Of a DNA stretch of 64,000 bases, positions 9,061 to 18,227 are shown piece by piece; position 1 is the stretch's first letter; the number at the start of each line of letters is the position of its first letter. Location of the stretch: positions 1,474 to 65,473 of the forward strand of contig JAFGCU010000121.1 of the NCBI GenBank assembly GCA_016932475.1. The letters are read 5' to 3'. The position numbers and the translations under genes are program-made. This DNA comes from Anaerolineales bacterium (GTDB lineage: Bacteria; Chloroflexota; Anaerolineae; Anaerolineales; RBG-16-64-43). Under the pieces are notes generated by a model. The model ran no database searches. It was not told the DNA's origin and saw nothing but the letters and a program-made list of their open reading frames with translations.

Positions 9061-11264
9061 GATCCCTCGGAGATTTTTTTCAACCGGATGCGCAGGGCGA
9101 GCCCGCGCTCCGACGGCGCCAGATCGAGCGCGCCGCCCATCGCCTCCACCATTTTACGCGAAATGTACAAACCGAGCCCCACCCCGCGCACGCGCGGCGC
9201 ATCCGGGTCTTCGAGCCGGGAGAACATCTGAAAGACCCGGCCGCGTTTTTCCTCCGGGATCCCGGGGCCGCAATCGGCGATGATCACCTCGACCCCGTCC
9301 GCCGCCGCCCGCGCATCCACCCGCACCGGGCCGTCGGGCGCGTACTTGAAGGCGTTGTCGATCAGTTGAAAAAAAATGCTGGCCATGATGTGCTCGTCCG
9401 CGGCGGCTTCCGGCAGGCCGTCCGAGAGGCGGATTTCCAGCCGCCGCAGGTTGCGGCTTTTCAGGCCGCCATGCACCGCGGCAAGCGCGGTACGCGCCTC
9501 CCCGAGCGGCTGCGACAGTTTCAGCGGACCGATCTGCAGCGGCATCCGCCCCGCTTCCAGCGCGGAAAGATCCAGAATGCTTTCCACGAACCGGCTGAGG
9601 CGTTCGGATTCCTTGCGCACCAGTTCGAGGTTGGAACGCATGGTCTCCGGCAGCGGCTTCTTCTGGGCGGCGATCAGTTCCAACCCGCCGCGGATGGCCA
9701 TCAGCGGCGTGCGCAGTTCGTGCGAGGTCAGCGCGATGAATTCGGATTTCATCCGGTCGAGCGAACGAAGCAGGCGGTTCTGCTCCTCGAGCTGTTCGAG
9801 CGCGCGCGAGAGGTCGGCGGTCTTCTCCACCACCTTCTCCTCCAGCCGGCCGCTCAGCTGCTCGAGCGCCTTGCGGCTCTCCTCCGCCTGCCGGTAGGCC
9901 TCGCGCAGGGATTCCTCCTGCCGGCGCTGGGGGGAAAGATCGTGCAGCAGAGCCGCAAAACGTTCGCCCCGGCCTTCTTCCGTCGGCAGCCGCTGGAGGA
10001 CGAGCCAGGCCGGGAACGATCCGCGCTGCGAGGAGGTCACCCACACCTCGCCGCTCCAGCCCCGGGCGTGCGCCTCGCGCAGAAGGAAATCCCACTCCGG
10101 GCTCAGGGGCAGCAAGTGCGCCAGGGCGCTCCCCATCCGGGCTGGGCTGTGCAGCTTTTGCAGAGAGGGATTGTCCAGGAGCACTTTTCCGCGGCCGTCG
10201 CAGATGAACGCCGGATCTTCGATGTTCTCCAGCAGCACGGCATACCCGGCCACTTCCGCCTGGCCGGCGATGATCCCCTCCCGCAGGAACAGGAGCAGGC
10301 TGAGGGCCAGCGTCGCCAGCAGCAGGAGCGAATCCACCTCGCCGGTGCGCCGCCACTCCGCCCCCAGAAAAACCGCCAGCGCGGTTGTGGAAGCAACCGG
10401 CAGCCAGCGCGCCTCGATCCGCCGCCAGCGCCGCCGGAATCCGCTGTCTTTTTCATCCTCCGGAGCCGCGGATTGATCCGCGCCGGATCCGACATCCCCC
10501 TTCACGACCGCGGCGGTGCCGATCAACGCGTATCCGCCGACCATCAGGAATCCGGTGTAGACGTACGCCTGAGCCCCGCCCTGCAGGACGATCCACCCCG
10601 TGACCAGATCGTGGATAGCCAGCATGAAGAAACCGCCGGCCAGCATCCACAGCGTCCGCGACATGCGGGCCGATTGCCCCTGCAGCCAGACGATCAGCAT
10701 CAAGACGATCAGGTCCAGGATCGAATACAGCGCGATCCAGAACCGCAGTTCCAGGCTCGCGCGGAAAGGCTGCAGGATCGGTTCGACCAGCAGGAACCAC
10801 AGGATCACCCCCCACGAGGCGGCGTGGATGATCATATCGACCAGGAAGCGCAGCCGGCCGAAGCGGGCTCCGGGAATCGGCGCGAAAAAGAATATCGAAA
10901 TCAGCGCGAAGGCGTATGCGAGTATGTGCAGCGGGCGCGGGAAGAGGTTCTGGAACAGGTGCATTTCCGCGGGAATGAACTGCTCCAGACCGTCGGCCAG
11001 CGGCCAAAGCGTCAAGGCAAGGGCGAGGAAGAACCACGCCCGCCGGAGCGGGCCCTCCTCCTCCCGGACCCGGGCGAGGGCGAGAATCGCGGCGGTGAAG
11101 CCGGTCAGCCACTGGAGCAGCGAAAGCGGGATCAGGAATGGATTGGGGACGTAATAAAAATTTTTAAGGAAACGCGAGTAAAGCCAGAGCCAGGCGAGGC
11201 TCGCCGCCCCGAAACACACGGCGGGCAGCAGGCGGGGGCCGATCCGGCGGTTGATGGCGCGCAT
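9057..11264 (-). CDS. Sensor histidine kinase (polytopic N-terminus, PAS-like, HisKA, HATPase_c)
   Basis: About 8 N-terminal TM helices. H-box SEFIALTSHELRTPL, N-box QLIDNAFKYAP, G-boxes DCGPGIPE and GVGLGL. Confidence 0.9.
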   Translation of the reverse strand: MRAINRRIGPRLLPAVCFGAASLAWLWLYSRFLKNFYYVPNPFLIPLSLLQWLTGFTAAILALARVREEEGPLRRAWFFLALALTLWPLADGLEQFIPAEMHLFQNLFPRPLHILAYAFALISIFFFAPIPGARFGRLRFLVDMIIHAASWGVILWFLLVEPILQPFRASLELRFWIALYSILDLIVLMLIVWLQGQSARMSRTLWMLAGGFFMLAIHDLVTGWIVLQGGAQAYVYTGFLMVGGYALIGTAAVVKGDVGSGADQSAAPEDEKDSGFRRRWRRIEARWLPVASTTALAVFLGAEWRRTGEVDSLLLLATLALSLLLFLREGIIAGQAEVAGYAVLLENIEDPAFICDGRGKVLLDNPSLQKLHSPARMGSALAHLLPLSPEWDFLLREAHARGWSGEVWVTSSQRGSFPAWLVLQRLPTEEGRGERFAALLHDLSPQRRQEESLREAYRQAEESRKALEQLSGRLEEKVVEKTADLSRALEQLEEQNRLLRSLDRMKSEFIALTSHELRTPLMAIRGGLELIAAQKKPLPETMRSNLELVRKESERLSRFVESILDLSALEAGRMPLQIGPLKLSQPLGEARTALAAVHGGLKSRNLRRLEIRLSDGLPEAAADEHIMASIFFQLIDNAFKYAPDGPVRVDARAAADGVEVIIADCGPGIPEEKRGRVFQMFSRLEDPDAPRVRGVGLGLYISRKMVEAMGGALDLAPSERGLALRIRLKKISEGS

Positions 11265-11344
11265 AAGAGAATTCTATACCAAATAAAAGGACCGCGCCGG
11301 ATTCCTGACCGACGCGGTCTCGGATTTGTGTATTCGCCGATCCC

Positions 11345-12841
11345 TTATCCGCCGGTACCTCCCATCGGCGTCTTGGTTATCGTCGTCGATGGAGTAAGCG
11401 AAAACTGCAAGGTTGGAGTCGGAGTCCGTGTATTTGTGCGCGTGACGGTCCGCGTGAGCGTGGGCGTCACCTTGGTGTATGTCCTCGTCGGCGTCCTGGA
11501 GGGCGTTAGCGGAGTACGGGTCGGGGTGCGGGTCGCGGTCAGGGTCGGCGTGACCGGCGTACGCGTCCGCGTCAGGGTCGGCGTCACCGGCGTGCGTGTC
11601 GCGGTGCGTGTCGGCGTCAGGGTCGGCGTGACCGGCGTGCGGGTTGGAGTCCGCGTCCGCGTCAGCGTGATGGTCGGGGTCCGCGTTCGCGTCGGTGTCA
11701 AGGTCCGGGTGTAGGTCCGCGATGCCGTGAAGGTGATGGTCGGGGTCCGGGTGTACGTCGGGGTGCGGGTAATGCTTGGCGTGTAGGTGATCGACGGCGT
11801 AAAGGTGATGCTCGGCGTGTAGGTGATCGACGGCGTGTAGGTGATCGTCCGGGTGTTCGTGGTCGTCGCGGTTTTGGTAGCGGTCCGCGTCGGGGTAGGC
11901 GAACGCCTCCACGTGCGGGTCGGCGTCGACGTGCGGGTCGGCGTCCGGGTCGGCGAGAGAGTCCGGGTCGGCGAGAGAGTCCGGGTCGGCGATATGGTGG
12001 GCGTGTACGTCTGCGTCGGCGTCGGCGTATCGGTTCGCGTGGGCGTATCGGTCGGCGTCAGTGTGATCGACGGCGTGTAGGTCTCGGTGAAGGTGTTGGT
12101 CGGCTCGTGCATCCCGGGCGGCGGGAGGCCAAGCACGCGCGCCACGCGGTATTGCTCGAGGTAGCCGATCCGTTCGGCGTGCAGCGTGAGCGACGGCCAG
12201 GCGCTGGCGATGAGCGGCATGATCAGCGGATGCTCAAAGGTCACTGCCACAAGCACCTTCACCAGGCCTTCCTCCGGATTGCCCGCATCGTCTCCCGGGG
12301 AACAGTAGCAATCGTGGGCGCTGTTCATTCGAAAATACAGGTAGGAAACCGGATTCTGGCGCGTGCTGCAAACGACGATGTGGAAATACCCGGATTCCTT
12401 ATACGTCAGGGTCGGCTCGGTGGGATAATCGCGGTCGGTGTTCGTCAGTAGGCCGACGGCCGCGGCGTTGGTGACGTCGATGATCGAGAGCAGCCGGGCG
12501 TAATCCTCCTCGATCGAGCGGTGTTCACGTCCGGAAACCGGATCCTTGCTGGTTTCATCGTCGCAATAAATCCCGTCGTTGTCGCCCACGAGCAGGTCCG
12601 CGTCGTCGCAATATTGGTCCATGTACTCGCCGGTCACGGCGTACCGCTCGCCGGTCCGGACGGCGTTGGTGACGATCAGCCAGGAGTAGAAAATGCGGGC
12701 GAACTCGATGACCCCGAAGATCAGCAGCAGCAGCACCGGCAGGATCAACGCGAATTCCGCCAGGCCCTGACCGCGGATGCGGGGCTTGCCCGCCGGGGGA
12801 ACGGCGTCCTGTTTCAGATGGGAGAGCAATTCAGTGATCAT
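11345..12841 (-). CDS. TadE-like pseudopilin-type protein with ~245-aa Thr/Pro/Arg alternating C-terminal tail
   Basis: The N-terminus GQGLAEFALILPVLLLLIFGVIEFARIF is a TadE-type motif. GAGGAA SD is present. Residues ~247-491 are TxTxT-type low complexity, for example TPTRTPVTPTLTRTRTP and YTPSIT x4. Confidence 0.8.
   Translation of the reverse strand: MITELLSHLKQDAVPPAGKPRIRGQGLAEFALILPVLLLLIFGVIEFARIFYSWLIVTNAVRTGERYAVTGEYMDQYCDDADLLVGDNDGIYCDDETSKDPVSGREHRSIEEDYARLLSIIDVTNAAAVGLLTNTDRDYPTEPTLTYKESGYFHIVVCSTRQNPVSYLYFRMNSAHDCYCSPGDDAGNPEEGLVKVLVAVTFEHPLIMPLIASAWPSLTLHAERIGYLEQYRVARVLGLPPPGMHEPTNTFTETYTPSITLTPTDTPTRTDTPTPTQTYTPTISPTRTLSPTRTLSPTRTPTRTSTPTRTWRRSPTPTRTATKTATTTNTRTITYTPSITYTPSITFTPSITYTPSITRTPTYTRTPTITFTASRTYTRTLTPTRTRTPTITLTRTRTPTRTPVTPTLTPTRTATRTPVTPTLTRTRTPVTPTLTATRTPTRTPLTPSRTPTRTYTKVTPTLTRTVTRTNTRTPTPTLQFSLTPSTTITKTPMGGTGG
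11369..12103 (-). repeat. Coding tandem/cryptic repeats encoding the Thr-rich tail
   Basis: Direct DNA repeats are visible on the + strand. GTCAGGGTCGGCGTGACCGGCGT occurs 3 times within 11551-11640. CGAGAGAGTCCGGGTCGG occurs twice in tandem around 11950-11990. GGCGTGTAGGTGATCGACGGCGT-like units occur within 11780-11850. Confidence 0.8.
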
Positions 12842-12877
12842 AGTTTCCTCTTGGACGCTGCCATCCGCTCCGGCTCA

Positions 12878-14602
12878 TTATGCCGTCAGGCGGGTGAAGA
12901 TTCGCGAGTAGATCAGTTCGAAGACCCGGTTCAGGTTGGCGCCGCTCTGAGCAAAGAAGTAGTTGCCGCAGCTTTTTGTGTAGTCCGTTTCAAACTCGCA
13001 CATATCGGTGTCCGCGTCGCCGTCGTCGCCGAGCGCGGCGATGTACCGCAGAAGCGACGCGCCGTACGGCTTCGTGCCGTTGGTGGTGTCGTTGTCCATG
13101 ACCAAAATTTCGTTGCCAAGCCCGATCGTAAAGATCACCGCGCCCTGGCCCTGAATCCCAAAGCATGAGGCTGCCGGGCTGGTCGCGTAGCAGGCGACGT
13201 ACTTGGCCTGGTCGCGGGCGAAATCGTCGGCGTTGTAATTGCTGGGATATGGATCATCATAGTGATGCACTACGTCCACGTCGCCGTCCTGGCAGAATCG
13301 CAAGTGCGGATTTGAGACCACCGAGTCTTCCGTTGTTACCCATGTGCCGTCCGGGCAGAAGCCGAACGGAGAATACGGGAGGATATCGCTTTCATCCGTA
13401 ATGTCGCCGGGAAATATCAAATCCTGCGAGGAGCCGCCGAGATCCTGCTCTGTGCCGAAGGTTGCATTCGCCGCGCCATCGGTGAGGAGCACCACCACCC
13501 AAAGCGCATCCAGTCGTTTCTCCACTCCGAATTGCGCACCGGCATAATGCAATCCGCCGCCGATGTTGGTGGTATTGCATGCAGAAATCGCGGATGGGTC
13601 TGGAGCCCAATGGTTGCCGTCGAGGGTGTCAATGTCGCCCGTCCTCGGGCAGCTGAGCCGGTTTTCGTTTAGGCTGCGGATGCCGGTGCCGAGATCCAGA
13701 TCGTTGGCATAGGTGCACGGGCCGATGGAAATGTCATCCAGGGTCGCCGGGCAGTACGGCGAAGCGGGGTCGTCGCATCCATATTGCGAATACGGGCAGA
13801 TGGTTCCGGGATCGTACACCATCAAGTTATTTACCGAGGCCAGTGCTGTTGCCCTGTCGTTGGTCCAGTTCAGGGCGAGCATCGTCCCTTGGGAACCGTC
13901 CTGCCATCCATTGGCGAAGGTGACGATCGCCAGCCGGTCCTCTTCGTCGACCGCCAGAGTGCGATCCAGGACTTTGGTGACAAAAGCGGCCGCGGCTGTT
14001 TTCACGTGCGCAAACGGTTCGCAAGTATTGTTCGTATTGCAATAGGTCGGATTGGCGGGATCCTCCCAGTAATTCAAGGCGGGATTCGGGGCGTTGTCCC
14101 AGGTCATCGATTCCGAAACGTCGATCACCAGAACCACATCCATCGCGGCCGCCTCGCTGACGGAGGTTTCCACCAGGTGGACGGAGTAAATATTGAGCAG
14201 CGAAAGGAACGTCAGGGGGTAATCGATCTCGACCGTCACCCGCACCTTCTTGCGCGGCATATCCCCGGCATCCGGGCACAACGATGTATCCGGGCCGGGG
14301 TTTCCCTCCTTGCAGGTCTGAACGTTGAGCGTCGAGGGATCGATGCCGTTGATGTGCGCGACTTCCAGGGCGGCGGCGGTCATCTCGCCGATCGTCCGGC
14401 TCTCGCGGAATTGCGCCGCGGCGGCCAGCGCGCCGGCGTCGGCCGCGCGGCGCAGGTAACCCTTGGCGAGGAAGATCTGCCCCAGGTCTACCATCAATCC
14501 GAGGAACAGCAGCAGCCCCATGAAGGTCATGACGATCAGGATCAGCGCCTGGCCTGTGGCCCGCATCCGCCTGCGCGTGTTCCAATCGTTGAAGAATCGC
14601 AT
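12878..14602 (-). CDS. TadG-like (Tad_N) membrane-anchored von Willebrand factor A domain protein
   Basis: I start at MRFFNDW (ATG 14602) because the track extension to 14725 is Arg-rich junk. The N-terminus GQALILIVMTFMGLLLFLGLMVDLGQIFLAKGYLRRAADAGALAAA is the TadE/G-like N-terminal motif. MIDAS motif DVVLVIDVSESM. Confidence 0.85.
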   Translation of the reverse strand: MRFFNDWNTRRRMRATGQALILIVMTFMGLLLFLGLMVDLGQIFLAKGYLRRAADAGALAAAAQFRESRTIGEMTAAALEVAHINGIDPSTLNVQTCKEGNPGPDTSLCPDAGDMPRKKVRVTVEIDYPLTFLSLLNIYSVHLVETSVSEAAAMDVVLVIDVSESMTWDNAPNPALNYWEDPANPTYCNTNNTCEPFAHVKTAAAAFVTKVLDRTLAVDEEDRLAIVTFANGWQDGSQGTMLALNWTNDRATALASVNNLMVYDPGTICPYSQYGCDDPASPYCPATLDDISIGPCTYANDLDLGTGIRSLNENRLSCPRTGDIDTLDGNHWAPDPSAISACNTTNIGGGLHYAGAQFGVEKRLDALWVVVLLTDGAANATFGTEQDLGGSSQDLIFPGDITDESDILPYSPFGFCPDGTWVTTEDSVVSNPHLRFCQDGDVDVVHHYDDPYPSNYNADDFARDQAKYVACYATSPAASCFGIQGQGAVIFTIGLGNEILVMDNDTTNGTKPYGASLLRYIAALGDDGDADTDMCEFETDYTKSCGNYFFAQSGANLNRVFELIYSRIFTRLTA

Positions 14603-14618
14603 ATCGGCTTCAGCCCTT

Positions 14619-15350
14619 CTACATGGTCGAGGTCGGTTCGGCCGAAACTTGCGGCCACAGCGAATACAGGTGGAACGGGATCGGATCCGCCACGAACTGC
14701 GTAAACCAGGGCAATCCGAGGACATGGTTGTAATGGTAGTTTATTTCCACCAGCACAAATCCGGTGTTCGGCGCGCCGTCATCCAGCAGGGCCGCGATTT
14801 CCGCGCTGGTGAACTGGGACGCGTGCAACCCTGTGCGTTCGGAGCATTGGCTGCGCCCGGCCAGATCCGCCGCGTACGACCAGCCGCTTTCCGCGCAGCC
14901 GGTATCGGGGAAGCGCACGATCTGCGCGCCGGTCGGCTCCAGCCGCAGCACGCTGAAGACCGAGATGATGACATCGTCCATCTGAGACCAGGTGTTGCCG
15001 TCACAACGCCGCTGCACCACCCCCTTGAGGCACAGGGTGATAGTGGGCTGCTCCGCGGCCAGGTTGCCCACCGCCTCGCAGGCCGCCTGACGGTAGAAAT
15101 CGCGCGTTACGCTGCCGTCATGCGAAATATCGCAATCCGGATCCGCATCGCGCATATCGTACTGGTTGTCGCTCGAAAACCGGGCTGCGTTCCGCGCGCT
15201 GTCCAGCACCGCCAGGTAGCTGTTGAATATGAATCCGAATTCGAACAATCCGGAGAGAAGGATCAGGAGAATGGGCGCCATCAGCGCGAATTCCACGATG
15301 CTTTGACCGCGCGCCCTTCGATTTCGCCAGAAAAACTTGGATTCCTTCAT
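14619..15350 (-). CDS. TadE-like protein
   Basis: 243 aa. The N-terminus RGQSIVEFALMAPILLILLSGLFEFGFIF is the TadE motif. It is first in the three-gene Tad-like run. Confidence 0.85.
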   Translation of the reverse strand: MKESKFFWRNRRARGQSIVEFALMAPILLILLSGLFEFGFIFNSYLAVLDSARNAARFSSDNQYDMRDADPDCDISHDGSVTRDFYRQAACEAVGNLAAEQPTITLCLKGVVQRRCDGNTWSQMDDVIISVFSVLRLEPTGAQIVRFPDTGCAESGWSYAADLAGRSQCSERTGLHASQFTSAEIAALLDDGAPNTGFVLVEINYHYNHVLGLPWFTQFVADPIPFHLYSLWPQVSAEPTSTM

Positions 15351-15644
15351 ATGGTTATTCTATTCCACTCCTTTCGAAGCGGCAATAAATGCGGGGATTC
15401 TTGTCACCCTGTTTTCACTTCATTTTCACAATCCATGCACGCAATAATAGCAGAATATCGCGAAGGGAACGTTGCAGGAAGATTGCCGGGCCGATTTAAC
15501 CGAAGGTTTATCCGGCAGGACTTCCGTTCCCCCCTCCGGACCCTTCTTAACCACCCTTCCCTCCCCAAATCATCGAATTCACATCCACGTTTTTGGACGC
15601 ATCCATTCGCGGATTTCGAGAGGGCCAGGCGGGAGAGGGCGGGA

Positions 15645-18140
15645 TCATCGGCCGTCCGTGATCAGCGTCCGCCCGCTGCCGTGGTACTCGCGCCGTATTC
15701 CTGACGGGAATTCCACCTCAAGCGTATCCCCTTCCCGCCGCATCGTCATACCCCTCCAGCGGAGCGTCACCGGGAAGGGAAAGATCGACTGCCCGCCGGC
15801 CCATACCCGGTTGGAGGCGACCGGAAGGACTCCGAGAGCGGCCAGGAAAAAACCGATCGGGAAGATTCCCTGAAGCGAGTTGCGCGGCCCGGATCCGTGC
15901 GCCCGGTCCGGATCGTAGCAGGAACGGAAGGAGCGGTCGGCGCGCAGCGCGCCGGCCAGCGTGCGCATCCACTTTTCCGTCCAGGCGCAGGCCAAGGCGT
16001 GCCTCCCGGAGCGGATTGCCGCCTCGCCCATCAGCATATTCCAGAACATCCAGACCCCGCCCGCCGGTGGATGCCCGGCGGCGGGATCCGAGCGCGGGAG
16101 GAAACGCAATCCACCGGGCGAATCGAATTCCGAGCCCTCCCCCAGCCGGTCGAACATCTTTCCGGCCCGCGGAGCGGATACCGCGCGGCTCCACAGCGGG
16201 AGAAAATGCGAAAGGTCCTCGCGCGCCAGGTTGGGAATCTCAAGCGAGTATGTCATCTCCGCCGAAGGCCCTTCCACGCGGATCGATGTGATCCGCGTCC
16301 ATACCGTCCGGCTGAAGCATGTCCCGGAGCCGCGATGCCAGGAAAAGTGCTCGTTTCGAAAAATCTCGCCGCACTCCGCGCCTTCGGAATTTTCTCCGTC
16401 CACCGTCACCTGGATGACCGGCCGGGTTTCCCGGGAGCCGGCGCAGCGCACGAGCAGGCGGGCCGGCTGGTTAAGGCGCACGCTTCCTTTTAACTCGCCT
16501 CCGGAAAGGCCTTCCCATATTTTTCTTCCGGACGGCGAGGCATGGGTGACGCGGTCGATCGTGCGGTATCCTTCCGGCGCCTCCATCCGTGCGAGCGCCC
16601 GCCGCGCTAATTCGCTGCGCTCCTTCCATAGCTTCGCCCGCCCGCCGTCCCCGGCGCGTTCCACGATCCTCGCCGCGGCGAGGCACTCACCCAGCAGCAG
16701 CGCCGCCAGCGACGGGCTTTCCGTCTCCTCCGGGCGAATCCACCCGCCCCATGGATCCTCCCGCGCCCACATCGCCGTAACTTGCGGGCCGAAGGAATCC
16801 AGCCGGTCCCATTCCGGGGCTCCGTCCCGGTCGCGGTCGTGATCCGGGCTAAACCAGGCGTCCAGGCATCTCTCGATGAGCGGCCGAAGGGATGCCAGGA
16901 AAGGATCCCCCTCGCGCCCGCCGAGCGCCCGTCCGGCGGCCTGAGCCAGAAGCGGTGGTGCAAGCAATCCGGCGCGCTGTTTTCCGGCGCCGGGCCGGGC
17001 GTCCGGCAAATCCTCCCCGGCTGCGGCGATAAAATTCCGCAGGAGGTCCCTGGCGATTTCCGGATGGGCCAGCGCCCAAACCGGAAGGATAGTCATCACG
17101 TCGCTCAGGTCCGCCCCGCACCAGGCCGGCGGGTAGTCGCCGCCGTCGCCGCGCAGGGAAAAACCGCGTTCCGGATTCCGGCCCACAACCGGCGAAGAAT
17201 GAGGCAACGCGCGGGTCGCCCCGACGAGCGACTGCACCGCCGTTTGCTGCGAGAACGCCAGGACCGCGTCCCAATCCGGGCGCCCGGTTTCGATCTCCAG
17301 CAGTGATTCCGCGGCCAATTCGATGCGGGCGATTTCCGCGTCCCACTCCCGGGCGAAGATCGTGCGCGCGCAGCGCAGGCCCTCATCCGCGGTCGGGCGG
17401 CAGCAGAACACCCAGCGGATCGAATGCGGCCGGCCCGCCTCGAGCTCGAACGCCATCTTCAGCGAAGGGATCGCGCCGCGCCCGGTTCCGGCCGCGCCCG
17501 CCGCCGCCAGGACCGGCACGGCGTTCCGCACTCCGCCGCGCAGATAAACGCCCTCATACGGCCCCGCGGATTCCGGCGCGAAGGGCGCGCCTTCGGCCGC
17601 CGGACGGAGGACGCCCGCCAGCCAGCATTCCCCGCTCAGGGATTCCTTCCCGGATGTGGAGAGGGTGATCCTTCCGGCCAGCGCATGACTCTCCGGAACC
17701 CAGTACTCCAATTCGGCGGTCAATGAGACGGTCGGCCGGCAGCGTACATTTAAATAGTTGGGGGCGAAGCGGCGGACCTCCGGCGGAGATGCGAATACGG
17801 CGGGATCCTGGACCGGGCGGCTGCCCTGAATAAAGATCGGGAACAAGCGCAGAGAGACGGCGCGCAAGCCCAGCATCGTCTCGACCGCCAGGGCGGGCGG
17901 ATCGCCGCCGCGAAGGACACATTCCCAAACCTGATCGTCGGAGTAATCCGGAGAACCGAATCGCGCGTCCGCGGCGAGGAACAGGGAGAGCGGATCGGAG
18001 GCGGTCAGATTCCATTCGCGCATAAGACCTGAATTGTACGCGATTATGTATTCCGCGCCGGGGAAAACTTGCGGCCAATCCAGACGACGGGGTTGTAGGG
18101 GCGATCCAATGGATCGCCCCATACTTTTTGGACAGCCCAT
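15645..18140 (-). CDS. Large cytoplasmic protein, putative (alpha/alpha)6-barrel glycoside hydrolase-like
   Basis: 831-aa ORF with coding-like composition. The C-terminal third (GGVWMFWNMLMGEAAIRSG...SFRSCYDPD) resembles GH63/GH15/MGH1-like six-hairpin glycosidases. The function call is weak and the start is uncertain (an alternative start is MREWNL at 18023). Confidence 0.55.
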   Translation of the reverse strand: MGCPKSMGRSIGSPLQPRRLDWPQVFPGAEYIIAYNSGLMREWNLTASDPLSLFLAADARFGSPDYSDDQVWECVLRGGDPPALAVETMLGLRAVSLRLFPIFIQGSRPVQDPAVFASPPEVRRFAPNYLNVRCRPTVSLTAELEYWVPESHALAGRITLSTSGKESLSGECWLAGVLRPAAEGAPFAPESAGPYEGVYLRGGVRNAVPVLAAAGAAGTGRGAIPSLKMAFELEAGRPHSIRWVFCCRPTADEGLRCARTIFAREWDAEIARIELAAESLLEIETGRPDWDAVLAFSQQTAVQSLVGATRALPHSSPVVGRNPERGFSLRGDGGDYPPAWCGADLSDVMTILPVWALAHPEIARDLLRNFIAAAGEDLPDARPGAGKQRAGLLAPPLLAQAAGRALGGREGDPFLASLRPLIERCLDAWFSPDHDRDRDGAPEWDRLDSFGPQVTAMWAREDPWGGWIRPEETESPSLAALLLGECLAAARIVERAGDGGRAKLWKERSELARRALARMEAPEGYRTIDRVTHASPSGRKIWEGLSGGELKGSVRLNQPARLLVRCAGSRETRPVIQVTVDGENSEGAECGEIFRNEHFSWHRGSGTCFSRTVWTRITSIRVEGPSAEMTYSLEIPNLAREDLSHFLPLWSRAVSAPRAGKMFDRLGEGSEFDSPGGLRFLPRSDPAAGHPPAGGVWMFWNMLMGEAAIRSGRHALACAWTEKWMRTLAGALRADRSFRSCYDPDRAHGSGPRNSLQGIFPIGFFLAALGVLPVASNRVWAGGQSIFPFPVTLRWRGMTMRREGDTLEVEFPSGIRREYHGSGRTLITDGR

Positions 18141-18227
18141 ACAACCCCGTTGGACAGCCCATGCAACCCCGCCGGTCTCTTACTTTCCCCTGTTATAATT
18201 TCCATTATTCCCCCCGGGAGCAAAACC

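Noticed and set aside
11274-11912. 212-aa His/Asp/Pro-rich minus-strand ORF that looks like a metal-binding protein.
   Set aside because: It is an alternative frame of the Thr-rich repeat DNA. The in-phase frame continues from a bona fide TadE-like N-terminus with an SD, so that frame is the real one.
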